DNA of 64,000 nucleotides from Myxococcales bacterium (GTDB lineage Bacteria; Myxococcota_A; Polyangia; Haliangiales; Haliangiaceae): NCBI GenBank assembly GCA_016794525.1, contig JAEUJY010000077.1, positions 109,091 to 173,090 of the forward strand, read 5' to 3'. Shown piece by piece: positions 1 to 10,967 of this stretch (position 1 is its first letter; each line of letters starts with the position of its first letter). The notes under the pieces were generated by a model. It saw only the letters and a program-made list of their open reading frames with translations, ran no database searches and was not told where the DNA came from. The position numbers and the translations under genes were made by a program.

Positions 1-20
1 GACCTGGTCGACGTCGACTG

Positions 21-878
21 ATGCCCGCCGGCGAGCGAGGCGGCCGCGCGCAGGCCGTGGCGACGCTGGTCGCGGTCGGCCTGTTGTGGTCGACCGCCGG
101 CGCGCTGATCAAGTACGTGACCTGGCCGCCGGCGGCGATCTGGGGCCTGCGCTCGGGGATCGCCGCCGCGGCGCTGATCGCGATCTACCGGCCGTCGTGG
201 CGCGGCCTGACGCGCACCGAGTGGCTGTCGGCGGTCGCGCTGGCGGCGACCACCGGCCTGTTCGTGCTAGCCAACAAGTGGACCACCGCCGCCAACGCGA
301 TCCTGATCCAGTACTCGGCGCCGGCGTGGGCCGCGCTGTTGTCGGCGGTGATCCTCCACGAGCGCGCGACCCGCATCGACTGGGTGACGATCGGCCTGGC
401 GCTGTGCGGCGTCGCGCTGTTCTTCGTCGATCAGCTGTCGCTGGCCCACGTGCGCGGCAACGTCGTGGCGCTGGCGGCCGGCGTGATGTTCGCGACCAAC
501 GTCGTGCTCTTGCGCAAGATCGCGCGCGACCCCGAGGGCCGCGGCAGCGCGCTCAGGGCGATGATCCTCGGCCACGTGCTGGGCGCCGCCGCCGGCCTGC
601 CGTTCGCGCTGACCGCGCCGGCGCTGCCGGCCAGCGGCTGGGGCGCGATGGTGGCGCTCGGCCTCTTGCAGCAGACCGCGCCGACGATCCTCTACGCGTG
701 GGCGATCCGCCGGGTCACCGCCGTCGAGGGCCTGCTGATCCCGATCGTCGAGCCGATCGTCTCGCCGCTGTGGGTGTGGATCCTGTTCGCCGAGCGGCCC
801 GGGGCGTGGGCGCTGGTCGGCGGGGCGGTGGTGGTGGCGGCGGTGACGCTGCGCGGGCTGGCGCCGTCGCGGGGCTGA
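21..878 (+). CDS. EamA/DMT-family drug-metabolite transporter (10-TM permease)
   Basis: Translation is a polytopic membrane protein with two EamA-like halves (WSTAGALIKY..., LLQQTAPTILYAWAIRRV). ATG at 21. Confidence 0.75.
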   Translation: MPAGERGGRAQAVATLVAVGLLWSTAGALIKYVTWPPAAIWGLRSGIAAAALIAIYRPSWRGLTRTEWLSAVALAATTGLFVLANKWTTAANAILIQYSAPAWAALLSAVILHERATRIDWVTIGLALCGVALFFVDQLSLAHVRGNVVALAAGVMFATNVVLLRKIARDPEGRGSALRAMILGHVLGAAAGLPFALTAPALPASGWGAMVALGLLQQTAPTILYAWAIRRVTAVEGLLIPIVEPIVSPLWVWILFAERPGAWALVGGAVVVAAVTLRGLAPSRG

Positions 879-902
879 CCGCGATCGGGCTACACTCGGG
901 GC

Positions 903-2225
903 GTGCGTCGCCTGGGTAACGCCATCCACATCCTGTGGGTCGGCATCGTCGTCTTCTGGTTCCTCATCGCCTACGGGCTGGTGCGGCTGGGGCTGCTGAT
1001 CGGCCTGTGCTGGAGCGGCGCGCGGCGCCGGCAGGTAGTGGCGCGGTGGAACGGCTGGGCGCTGCGCACGCTGCTCGAGCTGCTCGGCGCGTCGTTCATC
1101 AAGATGGGGCAGGTGATGAGCACGCGGCCCGATCTGTTCGCGGCCGAGACCATCGCGCAGCTCAAGCACCTGCAGGACCGGCTGCCGGCGTTCGCCTTCG
1201 CCAAGGTGCGGCGGATCGTCGAGGAGGACACCGGCAAGCCGCTCGAGGAGACCTACGCCGAGTTCGACCCGCAGCCGGTGGCGGCGGCGTCGGTGGCGCA
1301 GGTCCACCGCGCCCGGCTGCGCGACGGCCGCGAGGTCGCGGTCAAGGTGCTGCGGCCCAACGTGCGTCGCCAGGTCGAGCGCGACGCGTCGCTCTTGATG
1401 CTGGGCGCCAAGGTGATCGCGCTGCACCCGCGGCTCAAGCGCAGCGATCCGGTGGGTCACACCAAGCACTTCGTCGACGCGATCCACGACCAGACCGACC
1501 TGCGCATCGAGGCCGCGAACTACCGCCGCTTCCACGACAACTTCGCCAGCTGGACCACGGTGAAGTTCCCCGAGGTGCTGGCGCCGTCGACCGAGCGCAT
1601 CCTGACGATGGAGTTCATCCGCGGCACCAAGATCGACGCGCAGCCCGAGGACCGCAAGCTGCCGCTGGCCGAGGTGGTGCGGCAGTGCATGTTCCAGATG
1701 TGCTTCGACGACGGGTTCCTCCACGCCGACATGCACCCGGGCAACATGCTGGTCGACGAGCAGGGGCGGCTGGTGCTGTTCGACGTCGGCCTGGCCAAGC
1801 ACCTGCACGAGGACGTGCTGATCCAGTTCATCGACATGGGCAAGTGCCTGACGATGGGCACGCCGGGCGATCTGGTCGCGCACCTGCGCCGGTTCCACAC
1901 GTACATGGGCGACGTCGACTGGGACGCGCTGTCCAAGGACGTCGAGGTGTTCGCGACCAAGTTCCGCGGGCAGAACGCCGCCGAGCTCGACTACGGCACG
2001 CTGTTCAACGAGATGTTCGCGATCGGCCGCCGCTACCACGTGCGCCCGGTGACCGACATGACGCTGGTGCTGGTGGCGATGGTGACGTCGCAGGGCATCG
2101 GCCAGATGCTCGACCCGCACGTCGACGTGTTCGCCCACGTCGCGCGCCACCTGGTGCCGATCCTGATGAAGCGCAACGAGCGGGTGCCCGAGACCGCCGC
2201 GGCGCGCGCCGCCGCCGGGCAGTGA
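903..2225 (+). CDS. ABC1/UbiB-family atypical protein kinase (AarF-domain)
   Basis: N-terminal TM helix followed by ABC1-kinase motifs: FIKMGQVMSTRPDLF, VAAASVAQVHRARL, HADMHPGN, DVGL. Confidence 0.8.
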   Translation: MRRLGNAIHILWVGIVVFWFLIAYGLVRLGLLIGLCWSGARRRQVVARWNGWALRTLLELLGASFIKMGQVMSTRPDLFAAETIAQLKHLQDRLPAFAFAKVRRIVEEDTGKPLEETYAEFDPQPVAAASVAQVHRARLRDGREVAVKVLRPNVRRQVERDASLLMLGAKVIALHPRLKRSDPVGHTKHFVDAIHDQTDLRIEAANYRRFHDNFASWTTVKFPEVLAPSTERILTMEFIRGTKIDAQPEDRKLPLAEVVRQCMFQMCFDDGFLHADMHPGNMLVDEQGRLVLFDVGLAKHLHEDVLIQFIDMGKCLTMGTPGDLVAHLRRFHTYMGDVDWDALSKDVEVFATKFRGQNAAELDYGTLFNEMFAIGRRYHVRPVTDMTLVLVAMVTSQGIGQMLDPHVDVFAHVARHLVPILMKRNERVPETAAARAAAGQ

Positions 2226-2237
2226 TACCGTCGGCGG

Positions 2238-2837
2238 ATGCAACCGCCTGGTCCGCCTGGTCCGCCCGCTGGTCCGCCGCCGCCGGGCTATCCGCCGCCG
2301 GGCTATCCGCCGCCGGGCTATCCGCCGCACGGCTACCCGCCGCCGCCGAAGCAGTCGCTCCTGTGGCTGTGGATCGTGCTCGGCGTGCTGGGTGCGGTGA
2401 TGGTGCTCGGCATCGTCGCCGCCGTCGCGATCCCGTCGTTCATGAAGTACCAGCAGAAGTCGAAGCGTAGCGAGGCGGAGCTCAACCTCAACGCCATCAA
2501 GAAGTACGCGGCGATGAACTACGCCGAGATGGCCGGCTTCCCACCGGGTTCGGCGGGGCCGACCCCGGCGACGTCGTGCTGCGCTGACCCGACGCGGCGG
2601 TGCCAGCCCGATCCGATCGCGTGGCAGGGCGAGCCGTGGGCCACGCTCGGCTTCGAGATGACCTCGCCGCACTTCTACCAGTACACGTACACCGGCACCG
2701 CCGACGGGCAGAGCTTCACGGCGACCGCGATCGGGGACCTCGACTGCGATGGCAACGAGGTCGTGTACACGCTGACCGGCCGCGTCGTCGGAGGCAGCCC
2801 GTCGTTCGAGCTCTCGCCGCCCACCGGCCGGGACTGA
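2238..2837 (+). CDS. Pilin-like membrane protein with N-terminal PPGY repeat region (paralog 1 of 3)
   Basis: N-terminal (PPGYP)n region, then a TM helix feeding into a type IV pilin-like helix motif (AIPSFMKYQQKSKRSEAELNL). Conserved SCC..C and DLDCDG cysteines. No G/FTLIE prepilin cleavage site. Confidence 0.65.
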   Translation: MQPPGPPGPPAGPPPPGYPPPGYPPPGYPPHGYPPPPKQSLLWLWIVLGVLGAVMVLGIVAAVAIPSFMKYQQKSKRSEAELNLNAIKKYAAMNYAEMAGFPPGSAGPTPATSCCADPTRRCQPDPIAWQGEPWATLGFEMTSPHFYQYTYTGTADGQSFTATAIGDLDCDGNEVVYTLTGRVVGGSPSFELSPPTGRD

Positions 2838-2870
2838 GCCGCGCCGCAGACGCGGTGTTACGCTCGGGCG

Positions 2871-3473
2871 ATGCAGCCACCTCCTCCAGGCGCGCCGCCG
2901 GGCGGCTATCCACCGCCGGGCTATCCACCGCCGGGCTATCCGCCGCCGGGCTATCCGCCGCCGCCGGGCTACGGGTATCCGCCGCCGAAGAAGTCGCTCC
3001 TGTGGCTGTGGATCTTGCTCGGCGTCGTCGGGGCCGGCCTGGTGATGATCGCGATCCTGGCCGCGGTCGCGGTGCCCAAGGCCGCCGAGTACGTCCAGAA
3101 GTCCAAGCGCATCGAGGCCGAGCTCAACCTCCGCGCGATCGGCAAGGCGGCCAAGGTCGCCTACGTCGAGAACGCGATGTTCCCGGTCGGTCACGCCGAC
3201 GCGACCCCGGCGGCGTCGTGCTGCGAGACCCCGAGCAAGAAGTGCCTCGAGTCGTCGGCGTGGGAACGCGAGCCGTGGCAGTCGCTCGACTTCGGGCTCT
3301 ACGACCCGCACTACTTCCGCTACACCTACGACAGCGACGGCAAGACGTTCACCGCCACGGCGATCGGCGACCTCGACTGCGACGGCGCCGAGGTCGTGTT
3401 CACGCTGCGCGGCTCGATCCAGGACGGCAACCCGATCCTGTCGGAGATCGAGCGGCCGGCCCGGCCGGACTGA
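2871..3473 (+). CDS. Pilin-like membrane protein with PPGY repeats (paralog 2)
   Basis: Same architecture as 2238..2837: PPGYPPPGYPPPGY, WLWILLGVVGAGL TM, AVPKAAEYVQKSKRIEAELNL pilin-like helix, conserved Cys pattern. Confidence 0.65.
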   Translation: MQPPPPGAPPGGYPPPGYPPPGYPPPGYPPPPGYGYPPPKKSLLWLWILLGVVGAGLVMIAILAAVAVPKAAEYVQKSKRIEAELNLRAIGKAAKVAYVENAMFPVGHADATPAASCCETPSKKCLESSAWEREPWQSLDFGLYDPHYFRYTYDSDGKTFTATAIGDLDCDGAEVVFTLRGSIQDGNPILSEIERPARPD

Positions 3474-3503
3474 CCCCGCGCGCGCGCGTGCTAGCGTGCA
3501 CGC

Positions 3504-4079
3504 GTGCAACCAGGGCCGCCACCGTCGCCGTCGGGGTATCCGCCACCAGGCTACTACCCGGGCTATCCGCCGCCCGGCGGTCCGCGGCGACCGTCGCGGC
3601 TGTGGCTGTGGATCACGCTCAGCGTCGTCGGCGGGCTGGCGGTGGTCGGCGTGCTGGCCGCGATCGCGATCCCGTCGTTCGTCAGCTACCAGCGCAAGGC
3701 CCGGGCCGTCGAGGCGGAGCTCGAGCTGCGTCGGATCGGCCAGGCGGCGGTGATGTACTTCGAGGAGCACGGTCGGTTCCCCGAGGCCGACGCCGGCCCG
3801 ACGCCAGCGACGCCGTGCTGCGCCGGCCCCGGCCACAAGTGCGCGCCGGTGATCGACGACTGGGCCGCCGAGCCGTGGCGGTCGCTCGGCGTCACGATGC
3901 TCGAGCCGCACCGCTACCAGTACACGTTCGCCCCGGGCGCCGATGGGCAGAGCTTCACGGCGACGGCGATCGGCGACCTCGACTGCGACGGCGACCCGGC
4001 GGTGTTCACGCTGACCGGCACCGCCGTCGGCGGCGCGGCCCGGCTCGACGAGGTGATCCGGCCGGCCCGGCTCGACTGA
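3504..4079 (+). CDS. Pilin-like membrane protein with Pro-rich N-terminus (paralog 3)
   Basis: GYPPPGYYPGYPPPGG, TM, AIPSFVSYQRKARAVEAELELRRI, same Cys and DLDCDG pattern. Third tandem copy. Confidence 0.65.
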   Translation: MQPGPPPSPSGYPPPGYYPGYPPPGGPRRPSRLWLWITLSVVGGLAVVGVLAAIAIPSFVSYQRKARAVEAELELRRIGQAAVMYFEEHGRFPEADAGPTPATPCCAGPGHKCAPVIDDWAAEPWRSLGVTMLEPHRYQYTFAPGADGQSFTATAIGDLDCDGDPAVFTLTGTAVGGAARLDEVIRPARLD

Positions 4080-4176
4080 GTGCCAGAGGGCTCGTCGCGT
4101 CACCTCCCCGGCGCGACAGGTGCGACCGGCCGCGACGGCTTGACGCCGACCCGGCGGGGCCGCTAAGCCCGTCGCC

Positions 4177-6210
<2,034 letters not shown>

Positions 6211-6240
<30 letters not shown>

Positions 6241-7149
6241 TATCGCGGGCGAATTCGCCCGCCGTGCGTCGCAAAAGGGGACACTTTCCCACGGCGTAGC
6301 GAGCCGAAACTACTCGGCTTTTGGGAGCCAAAGCGGCAACTCATCCCGCGCAGAGGTTCCGTCCGGGCGCTCCACGCGAAGCCGATAGCGCGGGGCTCGC
6401 TCGGCGCCCGGCGCCGTCGTGCTCCCCCGCACGTGCGCAGCGACCGCTTCGCAGTAGCGCGTGGCGCGCTCGGTCGTCGTCCCGCCGAGCGCGAGGTACC
6501 ACGCGCTCGGCGTCCACAGGTCGAGCGGGATCAACGACGCGCGCCCGGCGTGCAGCGGCCCCGTGGACCAGAGGTGGCCGAGCGGGTCGGCGACGACACC
6601 GGCACGGTACGCGTTGACGTCGTTGTAGATGGTGGCGGTCGCCAGGTAGGCGTCGTCGAGGATCGGCTTGGAGTGAAACCGCTCCTCGAACAACTTGCCG
6701 GTAGCGTCGCGTGCGTGGTTGCGGATCTGCGCGTAGCGCAGGCACGTCCGATGGATCAATACGCGCAACGCATCGGGGCCGGGCGGGACCGCGATCAGGT
6801 GCACGTGGTTCTCCATCAGCGTGACCTGATGCAGGCGGCTCGCGCTCGCCTCCAGGCCACGAGCCAGGCATCCGATGAAGCGCGCGCGATCGGCGTTCGT
6901 GGAGAACAGGCGACGACGGTTGTTGCCGCGCAGGTAGATGTGATGAGGGACGTCGGGAATCACCAGGCGCGCTTGTCGGGGCATGCCGCGGGTTTCGACC
7001 GCACGCCTCCGCGGTTGCCATTCCCGCCAAGCGGCCTTGGAGCCCAGTGATCTCAGTGGCTTGGATGGATGGAAAGTGTCCCTTTTCGGGACGCAACACG
7101 CTCGAAAAGCGTAGCGATCGTCTGCGCTTAGGAGGGGGGATCCTGTCCC
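6211..7149. mobile_element. IS200/RAYT-type element bounded by imperfect inverted flanks (gggacaggatcc ... ggatcctgtccc)
   Basis: Left flank 6211-6330 and right flank 7030-7149 are reverse-complement related. Cores are gggacaggatcc vs ggatcctgtccc; aaaaggggacactttccc vs ggaaagtgtcccttttc; tgggagccaaagcggc vs gcggccttggagccca. A single Y1 transposase ORF lies between them. Confidence 0.5.
6310..6984 (-). CDS. IS200/IS605-family Y1 (HUH) transposase / REP-associated tyrosine transposase (RAYT)-like
   Basis: Translation from the ATG at 6984 gives MPRQARLVIPDVPHHIYLRGNNRRRLF...HVHLIAV (HUH motif)...NAYRAG (catalytic Tyr region). The longer ORF upstream of that ATG is Arg/Pro-rich junk. Confidence 0.75.
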   Translation of the reverse strand: MPRQARLVIPDVPHHIYLRGNNRRRLFSTNADRARFIGCLARGLEASASRLHQVTLMENHVHLIAVPPGPDALRVLIHRTCLRYAQIRNHARDATGKLFEERFHSKPILDDAYLATATIYNDVNAYRAGVVADPLGHLWSTGPLHAGRASLIPLDLWTPSAWYLALGGTTTERATRYCEAVAAHVRGSTTAPGAERAPRYRLRVERPDGTSARDELPLWLPKAE

Positions 7150-7991
7150 AACACCGGCAACGCCTTGGCGTGGCGGGGGCGGGGGGCGGGGGCGATGGAG
7201 GGGCGCAGGTCGGGGGCGCGCTCGGCCCAGGCGCGGGCGACGTCGGGGTCGAGGAGGTGCGAGGGGCGGACGTTGCGGAGGGCGTTGGCCATGATGGCGC
7301 GGACGTGCGGGTTGGTCTGCTCGAGCTGGGCGAGCAGCGCGGTCATGGCGTCGCGCTGGAGGCCGTCCTGGCTGCCGCACAGGTTGCACGGGATGATCGG
7401 GAAGGCGAGCTCGGCGGCGAGGGTGGCGATGTCGCGCTCGGGGCACTCGATCAGCGGGCGGATGACGTCGAAGCGATCGTCGTCGGTGCGGTAGCGCGCG
7501 GGCATGGCCTGCAGCTTGCCGCTGTAGAAGAGGTTGAGCAGGAACGTCTCGAGCGAGTCGTCGCGGTGGTGGCCCAGCGCGATCTTGTTGCAGCCGAGCC
7601 GCTCGGCGGCGGTGTACAGGATGCCGCGGCGCAGGCGCGAGCACAGCGAGCAGTAGGTCTGCGAGGCGTCGAGCCGATCGGTGACGACCGAGTAGGTGTC
7701 CTCGCGCAGGATCTCGAAGCGCTGGCCGCTGGCCTCGAGGAACGCGCGCAGCGACGCGCCGTCGTAGCCGGGCTGCACCTGGTCGAGGTGCACCGCGACG
7801 AGCTCGACGGCGAACGGCAGCCGCGGTACCAGCTTGGTCAGCAGGTGGAACATCACGTAGCTGTCCTTGCCGCCGGACATCGCGACCATGACGCGGTCGC
7901 CGGGCGCGAGCAGCTGGTAGCCCTCGCAGGTGCCCTTGACCTGGCGGTAGAGCAGCTTCTCGAGGCGGCGCATCTCGGACATCGGCGGCAT
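7128..7991 (-). CDS. ttcA: tRNA 2-thiocytidine(32) synthetase TtcA (PP-loop ATPase)
   Basis: SGGKDS PP-loop plus CSLCSR and CNLCG Cys motifs; about 287 aa. The C-terminal codons lie in the right inverted flank of the IS element. Confidence 0.75.
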   Translation of the reverse strand: MPPMSEMRRLEKLLYRQVKGTCEGYQLLAPGDRVMVAMSGGKDSYVMFHLLTKLVPRLPFAVELVAVHLDQVQPGYDGASLRAFLEASGQRFEILREDTYSVVTDRLDASQTYCSLCSRLRRGILYTAAERLGCNKIALGHHRDDSLETFLLNLFYSGKLQAMPARYRTDDDRFDVIRPLIECPERDIATLAAELAFPIIPCNLCGSQDGLQRDAMTALLAQLEQTNPHVRAIMANALRNVRPSHLLDPDVARAWAERAPDLRPSIAPAPRPRHAKALPVLGQDPPS

Positions 7992-8104
7992 CCTACGGAG
8001 CGGTCGCCCCGACGCAAGGCCGATCGTGACCGGCGCACGAAATCGCGCCCTTCGCGGCCTTCGCGGTTGCGGCGCCTCGAGGCCCCCGCGTAACCTGCTC
8101 GGTC

Positions 8105-8914
8105 ATGGGTATCCGCGCGGCGGCAGTGGTGGTGATCCTCGGATCGCTGACAGGTTGTCCTCACCAGGACGACGATCCGATCATCGACGCGCCGCTCACG
8201 TGCGATCCCGTCGACGACCAGAACCCGTGCACGCTCGACGAGTGCGACGGCCCGACGCCGATCCACACGCCGCGCACCGGCGCCAGCTGCACCGGCGGCA
8301 CCTGCACCGCGCAGGGCACGTGCAGCGGCGACACCTGCGGCGACGGCGACATCACCGGCGCCGAACAGTGCGACGACCAGAACACCACGCCGGCCGACGG
8401 CTGCAGCCCGCTGTGCCGCACCGAGCCGAGCGAGCGCGAGCCCAACGACGACGGCACGCCGGCCGAGGGCATGGGCTCGGTCGATCCCGGCGGCAACGAC
8501 TTCGACGCCACCGCGGTCGCCAACGCCAACGCCCAGGCCGTGCAGCTGCCGCTCGACGTCGCCGGCGGCGCGCTGCTGAGCGTGCTGGCCGCGATGACGC
8601 CGGCGGGCGACGAGGACGTCTTCGCGGTACGCAACAGCGGCGCCGCGCCGCGCGCGGTGAAGTTCGACGTGTGGCTGCGCCTGGCGACCTTCGGCTACGG
8701 CCGGTCGTGCGGCATCACGATGGACGCCAGCCTCACCATCCGCGACGCCGCCGGCGCGATCCTCGCGCAGAACGACGACCGCAACCCGAGCAACGACCGC
8801 TGCCCCGGCCTGACCTACACGATCGGCGCCGGCCAGACCGTCTACGCGCAGGTCGTCGAGTACGGCGACAACACGCCGGTCAACTCGTACGCCATCACGT
8901 TCGAGCCGATGTAG
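8105..8914 (+). CDS. Lipoprotein with myxobacterial Cys-rich repeats (CxDG..E.CDD.N...DGCS..C)
   Basis: Lipoprotein signal MGIRAAAVVVILGSLTGC. Repeats TCGDGDITGAEQCDDQNTTPADGCSPLCRTE and CTLDECDG. Preferred over the overlapping Arg-rich 8026..9018 frame. Confidence 0.55.
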   Translation: MGIRAAAVVVILGSLTGCPHQDDDPIIDAPLTCDPVDDQNPCTLDECDGPTPIHTPRTGASCTGGTCTAQGTCSGDTCGDGDITGAEQCDDQNTTPADGCSPLCRTEPSEREPNDDGTPAEGMGSVDPGGNDFDATAVANANAQAVQLPLDVAGGALLSVLAAMTPAGDEDVFAVRNSGAAPRAVKFDVWLRLATFGYGRSCGITMDASLTIRDAAGAILAQNDDRNPSNDRCPGLTYTIGAGQTVYAQVVEYGDNTPVNSYAITFEPM

Positions 8915-8942
8915 CGCGCGCGGTGGCCGCGCCGCCGCGCCG

Positions 8943-10838
8943 CTACGGCTTGACGAAGATGCACGAGCTCAGCGTCGGCACGGTGCCGCCGCTGCAGTTG
9001 CCCAGGCCGTCGACGTAGCCGGGCGGCGGCGACCAGCTCTTGGGGTTGTCGCGGTTGATCGCGACGAAGACGTCCTCGCTGCCGTCGCTGACCTTGTAGA
9101 CCCAGTACCAGTCCTCGACGACGACGTTGGTGCGCACGCCGCGCCGCAGCGCCGGGTGCTCGGCGCGCAGCGTGCCGGCCTTGCGCGCGTGGGCCAAGGT
9201 CGCCTGCTCCTCGGCGGTCAGCCCGTCGAAGCGCTGCATCTTGCGGTTGTCGGGGTCCTGGCCGCCCTCGGTGCCGATGTCGTCGCCCTGGTACAGCATC
9301 GGGATGTTGCCCGGCGACGTGAACAGGAACGTCAGCGCCAGCCGCAGCCGCTCGGCGCCGCCGCCGTGGCTCTTGGCCTCGGTCAGCGCGCGCACCTGAT
9401 CGTGGTTGCCGAAGAAGTTGCCCATGATCGCGCCCGGGTACCCGCCGCGCCCGCCCATCGTGTCCTGCGGCGACAGGTACGCGGTGTCGTTGCCGATCGC
9501 GAAGTCCGCCAGGTTGCGCATGCTGGCGTCGAACGTCAGCAGCGACGCCTTGGTCTGGTTGTAGTAGCCCTCGTCGACCTGGCCCTGCACCATGTCGGGC
9601 CGCACGTGGTAGCGGGCCCAGCCGCCGAGCGACTCGCCGACCATGTAGAAGACGGTCGGCTCCTCGGACAGCTCGTGGTGCTGCACGGTGGTCTCGATCT
9701 CGGCGACGACCGCGGCCTTGAGCGCGCGCACGAAGACGTCGTCCATGTGCTTGAGCGCGTCGGCGCGGAACCCGTCGAGGTCGAACTCCTGGATCATCCA
9801 CAGCGCGTGGTCGACGACCGCGCGCACCGCGTCGGGGTGGCCGCCGTAGTCGAAGTCGGGCATGTCGGTGGTGAACCAGCAGCCGATCCGCGCCACGTCC
9901 CAGCGGTTGTCGCAGGCGTTGTACGCGAAGAACCAGCCCGGGTGGTCGGCGTACAGCCGCGCCTCCTTGTGGACGTGGTTGACGACGAAGTCGGGGATGA
10001 CCCGCATGCCGCGCAGGTGGGCCTCGCGCACCAGCTCGTGCAGCTCGGCGGCGGTGCCGAACGCCGGCTCGATCGGCGTCGCGTAGCCGAGGTCGTCGCG
10101 GTCGGTGTAGCCGGTCGCGATCGGGTGGTACGAGTGGTAGCTGGCGAACCGCCGCGGATCCGACAGCCCCACCGACGGCTGCGAGTTGTGCGAGTTGATG
10201 ATCGGCGAGCTGATCCACAGCGTGTTCACGCCGAGCGCGTCGAAGTAGCCCTCGCGGAGCTTGGCGGTGATGCCGGCGAAGTCGCCGCCCTGCCAGCGGC
10301 TGCGCGGATCGTCGACGCGGGCCAGGTCGCCGGCGCCGTTGTCGAGGTTGTTGCGGCTGTCCCCGTCGAGGAAGCGGTCGGTGAGGATCTGGTAGAGGAT
10401 CGCGTCCTTCCAGCCGAAGTCGGCGTACCCGCCCTTGCCGATCCACAGCGGCGCGAACAGCGCGCGCGGGCGCTCGCCGGTGGTCGTGCGCGCCCGCACC
10501 AGCACGCTGTACTTGCCGGGCGCGAGGTCGTGGGCGGTCAGCGTCCAGGTCGAGGTCGCGGCGTCGAAGCCCTGGCTGGCCGGCACGTCGTCACCGGCGA
10601 CCCGCAGCTCGGTCTGGTCGACGTCGATGGTCCCGGCGCCGGTGTAGCGGGCCACCACCGAGTAGCCGGTGTCGGTGGTCGCGGTGCACAGCTCGAAGTC
10701 GCCGACCGGGCGGAACTGGTCGCAGGTCCGGGGGCAGGCCGGGTCGCCCGGCAGGCACGGATCGTCGATCGTCGGCTCGTTGCTCGCGGGGCACGCGGCG
10801 GTGTACAGCAGGCCGAGGGTCGCGAGGACGGAGCGCAT
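8943..10838 (-). CDS. Glycoside hydrolase family 13 (alpha-amylase family) lipoprotein
   Basis: Start MRSVLATLGLLYTAAC (lipobox) at 10838. GH13 catalytic regions DFVVNHV, GFRADALKHM, YMVGE, FFGNHD. 631 aa. The 1606-aa ORF extension upstream of this ATG is non-coding-like. Confidence 0.85.
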   Translation of the reverse strand: MRSVLATLGLLYTAACPASNEPTIDDPCLPGDPACPRTCDQFRPVGDFELCTATTDTGYSVVARYTGAGTIDVDQTELRVAGDDVPASQGFDAATSTWTLTAHDLAPGKYSVLVRARTTTGERPRALFAPLWIGKGGYADFGWKDAILYQILTDRFLDGDSRNNLDNGAGDLARVDDPRSRWQGGDFAGITAKLREGYFDALGVNTLWISSPIINSHNSQPSVGLSDPRRFASYHSYHPIATGYTDRDDLGYATPIEPAFGTAAELHELVREAHLRGMRVIPDFVVNHVHKEARLYADHPGWFFAYNACDNRWDVARIGCWFTTDMPDFDYGGHPDAVRAVVDHALWMIQEFDLDGFRADALKHMDDVFVRALKAAVVAEIETTVQHHELSEEPTVFYMVGESLGGWARYHVRPDMVQGQVDEGYYNQTKASLLTFDASMRNLADFAIGNDTAYLSPQDTMGGRGGYPGAIMGNFFGNHDQVRALTEAKSHGGGAERLRLALTFLFTSPGNIPMLYQGDDIGTEGGQDPDNRKMQRFDGLTAEEQATLAHARKAGTLRAEHPALRRGVRTNVVVEDWYWVYKVSDGSEDVFVAINRDNPKSWSPPPGYVDGLGNCSGGTVPTLSSCIFVKP

Positions 10839-10967
10839 GCGGGTGCCCCAAGCATAAGCCGTGCTCGCGGCGCGCGGATCCGCCGAAGTGAGTCCGCCTA
10901 CTTGCGCTGGGGTCGCGGTCACGGGGCGTTGCCGATCGCAACGGCGGCCCCGTGGTAGCGTCGCCCC

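Noticed and set aside
9156-10958. 600-aa plus-strand ORF antisense to the GH13 gene
   Set aside because: The translation is Val/Ala/Arg/Gly-rich with no motifs. The opposite strand has unambiguous alpha-amylase catalytic motifs.
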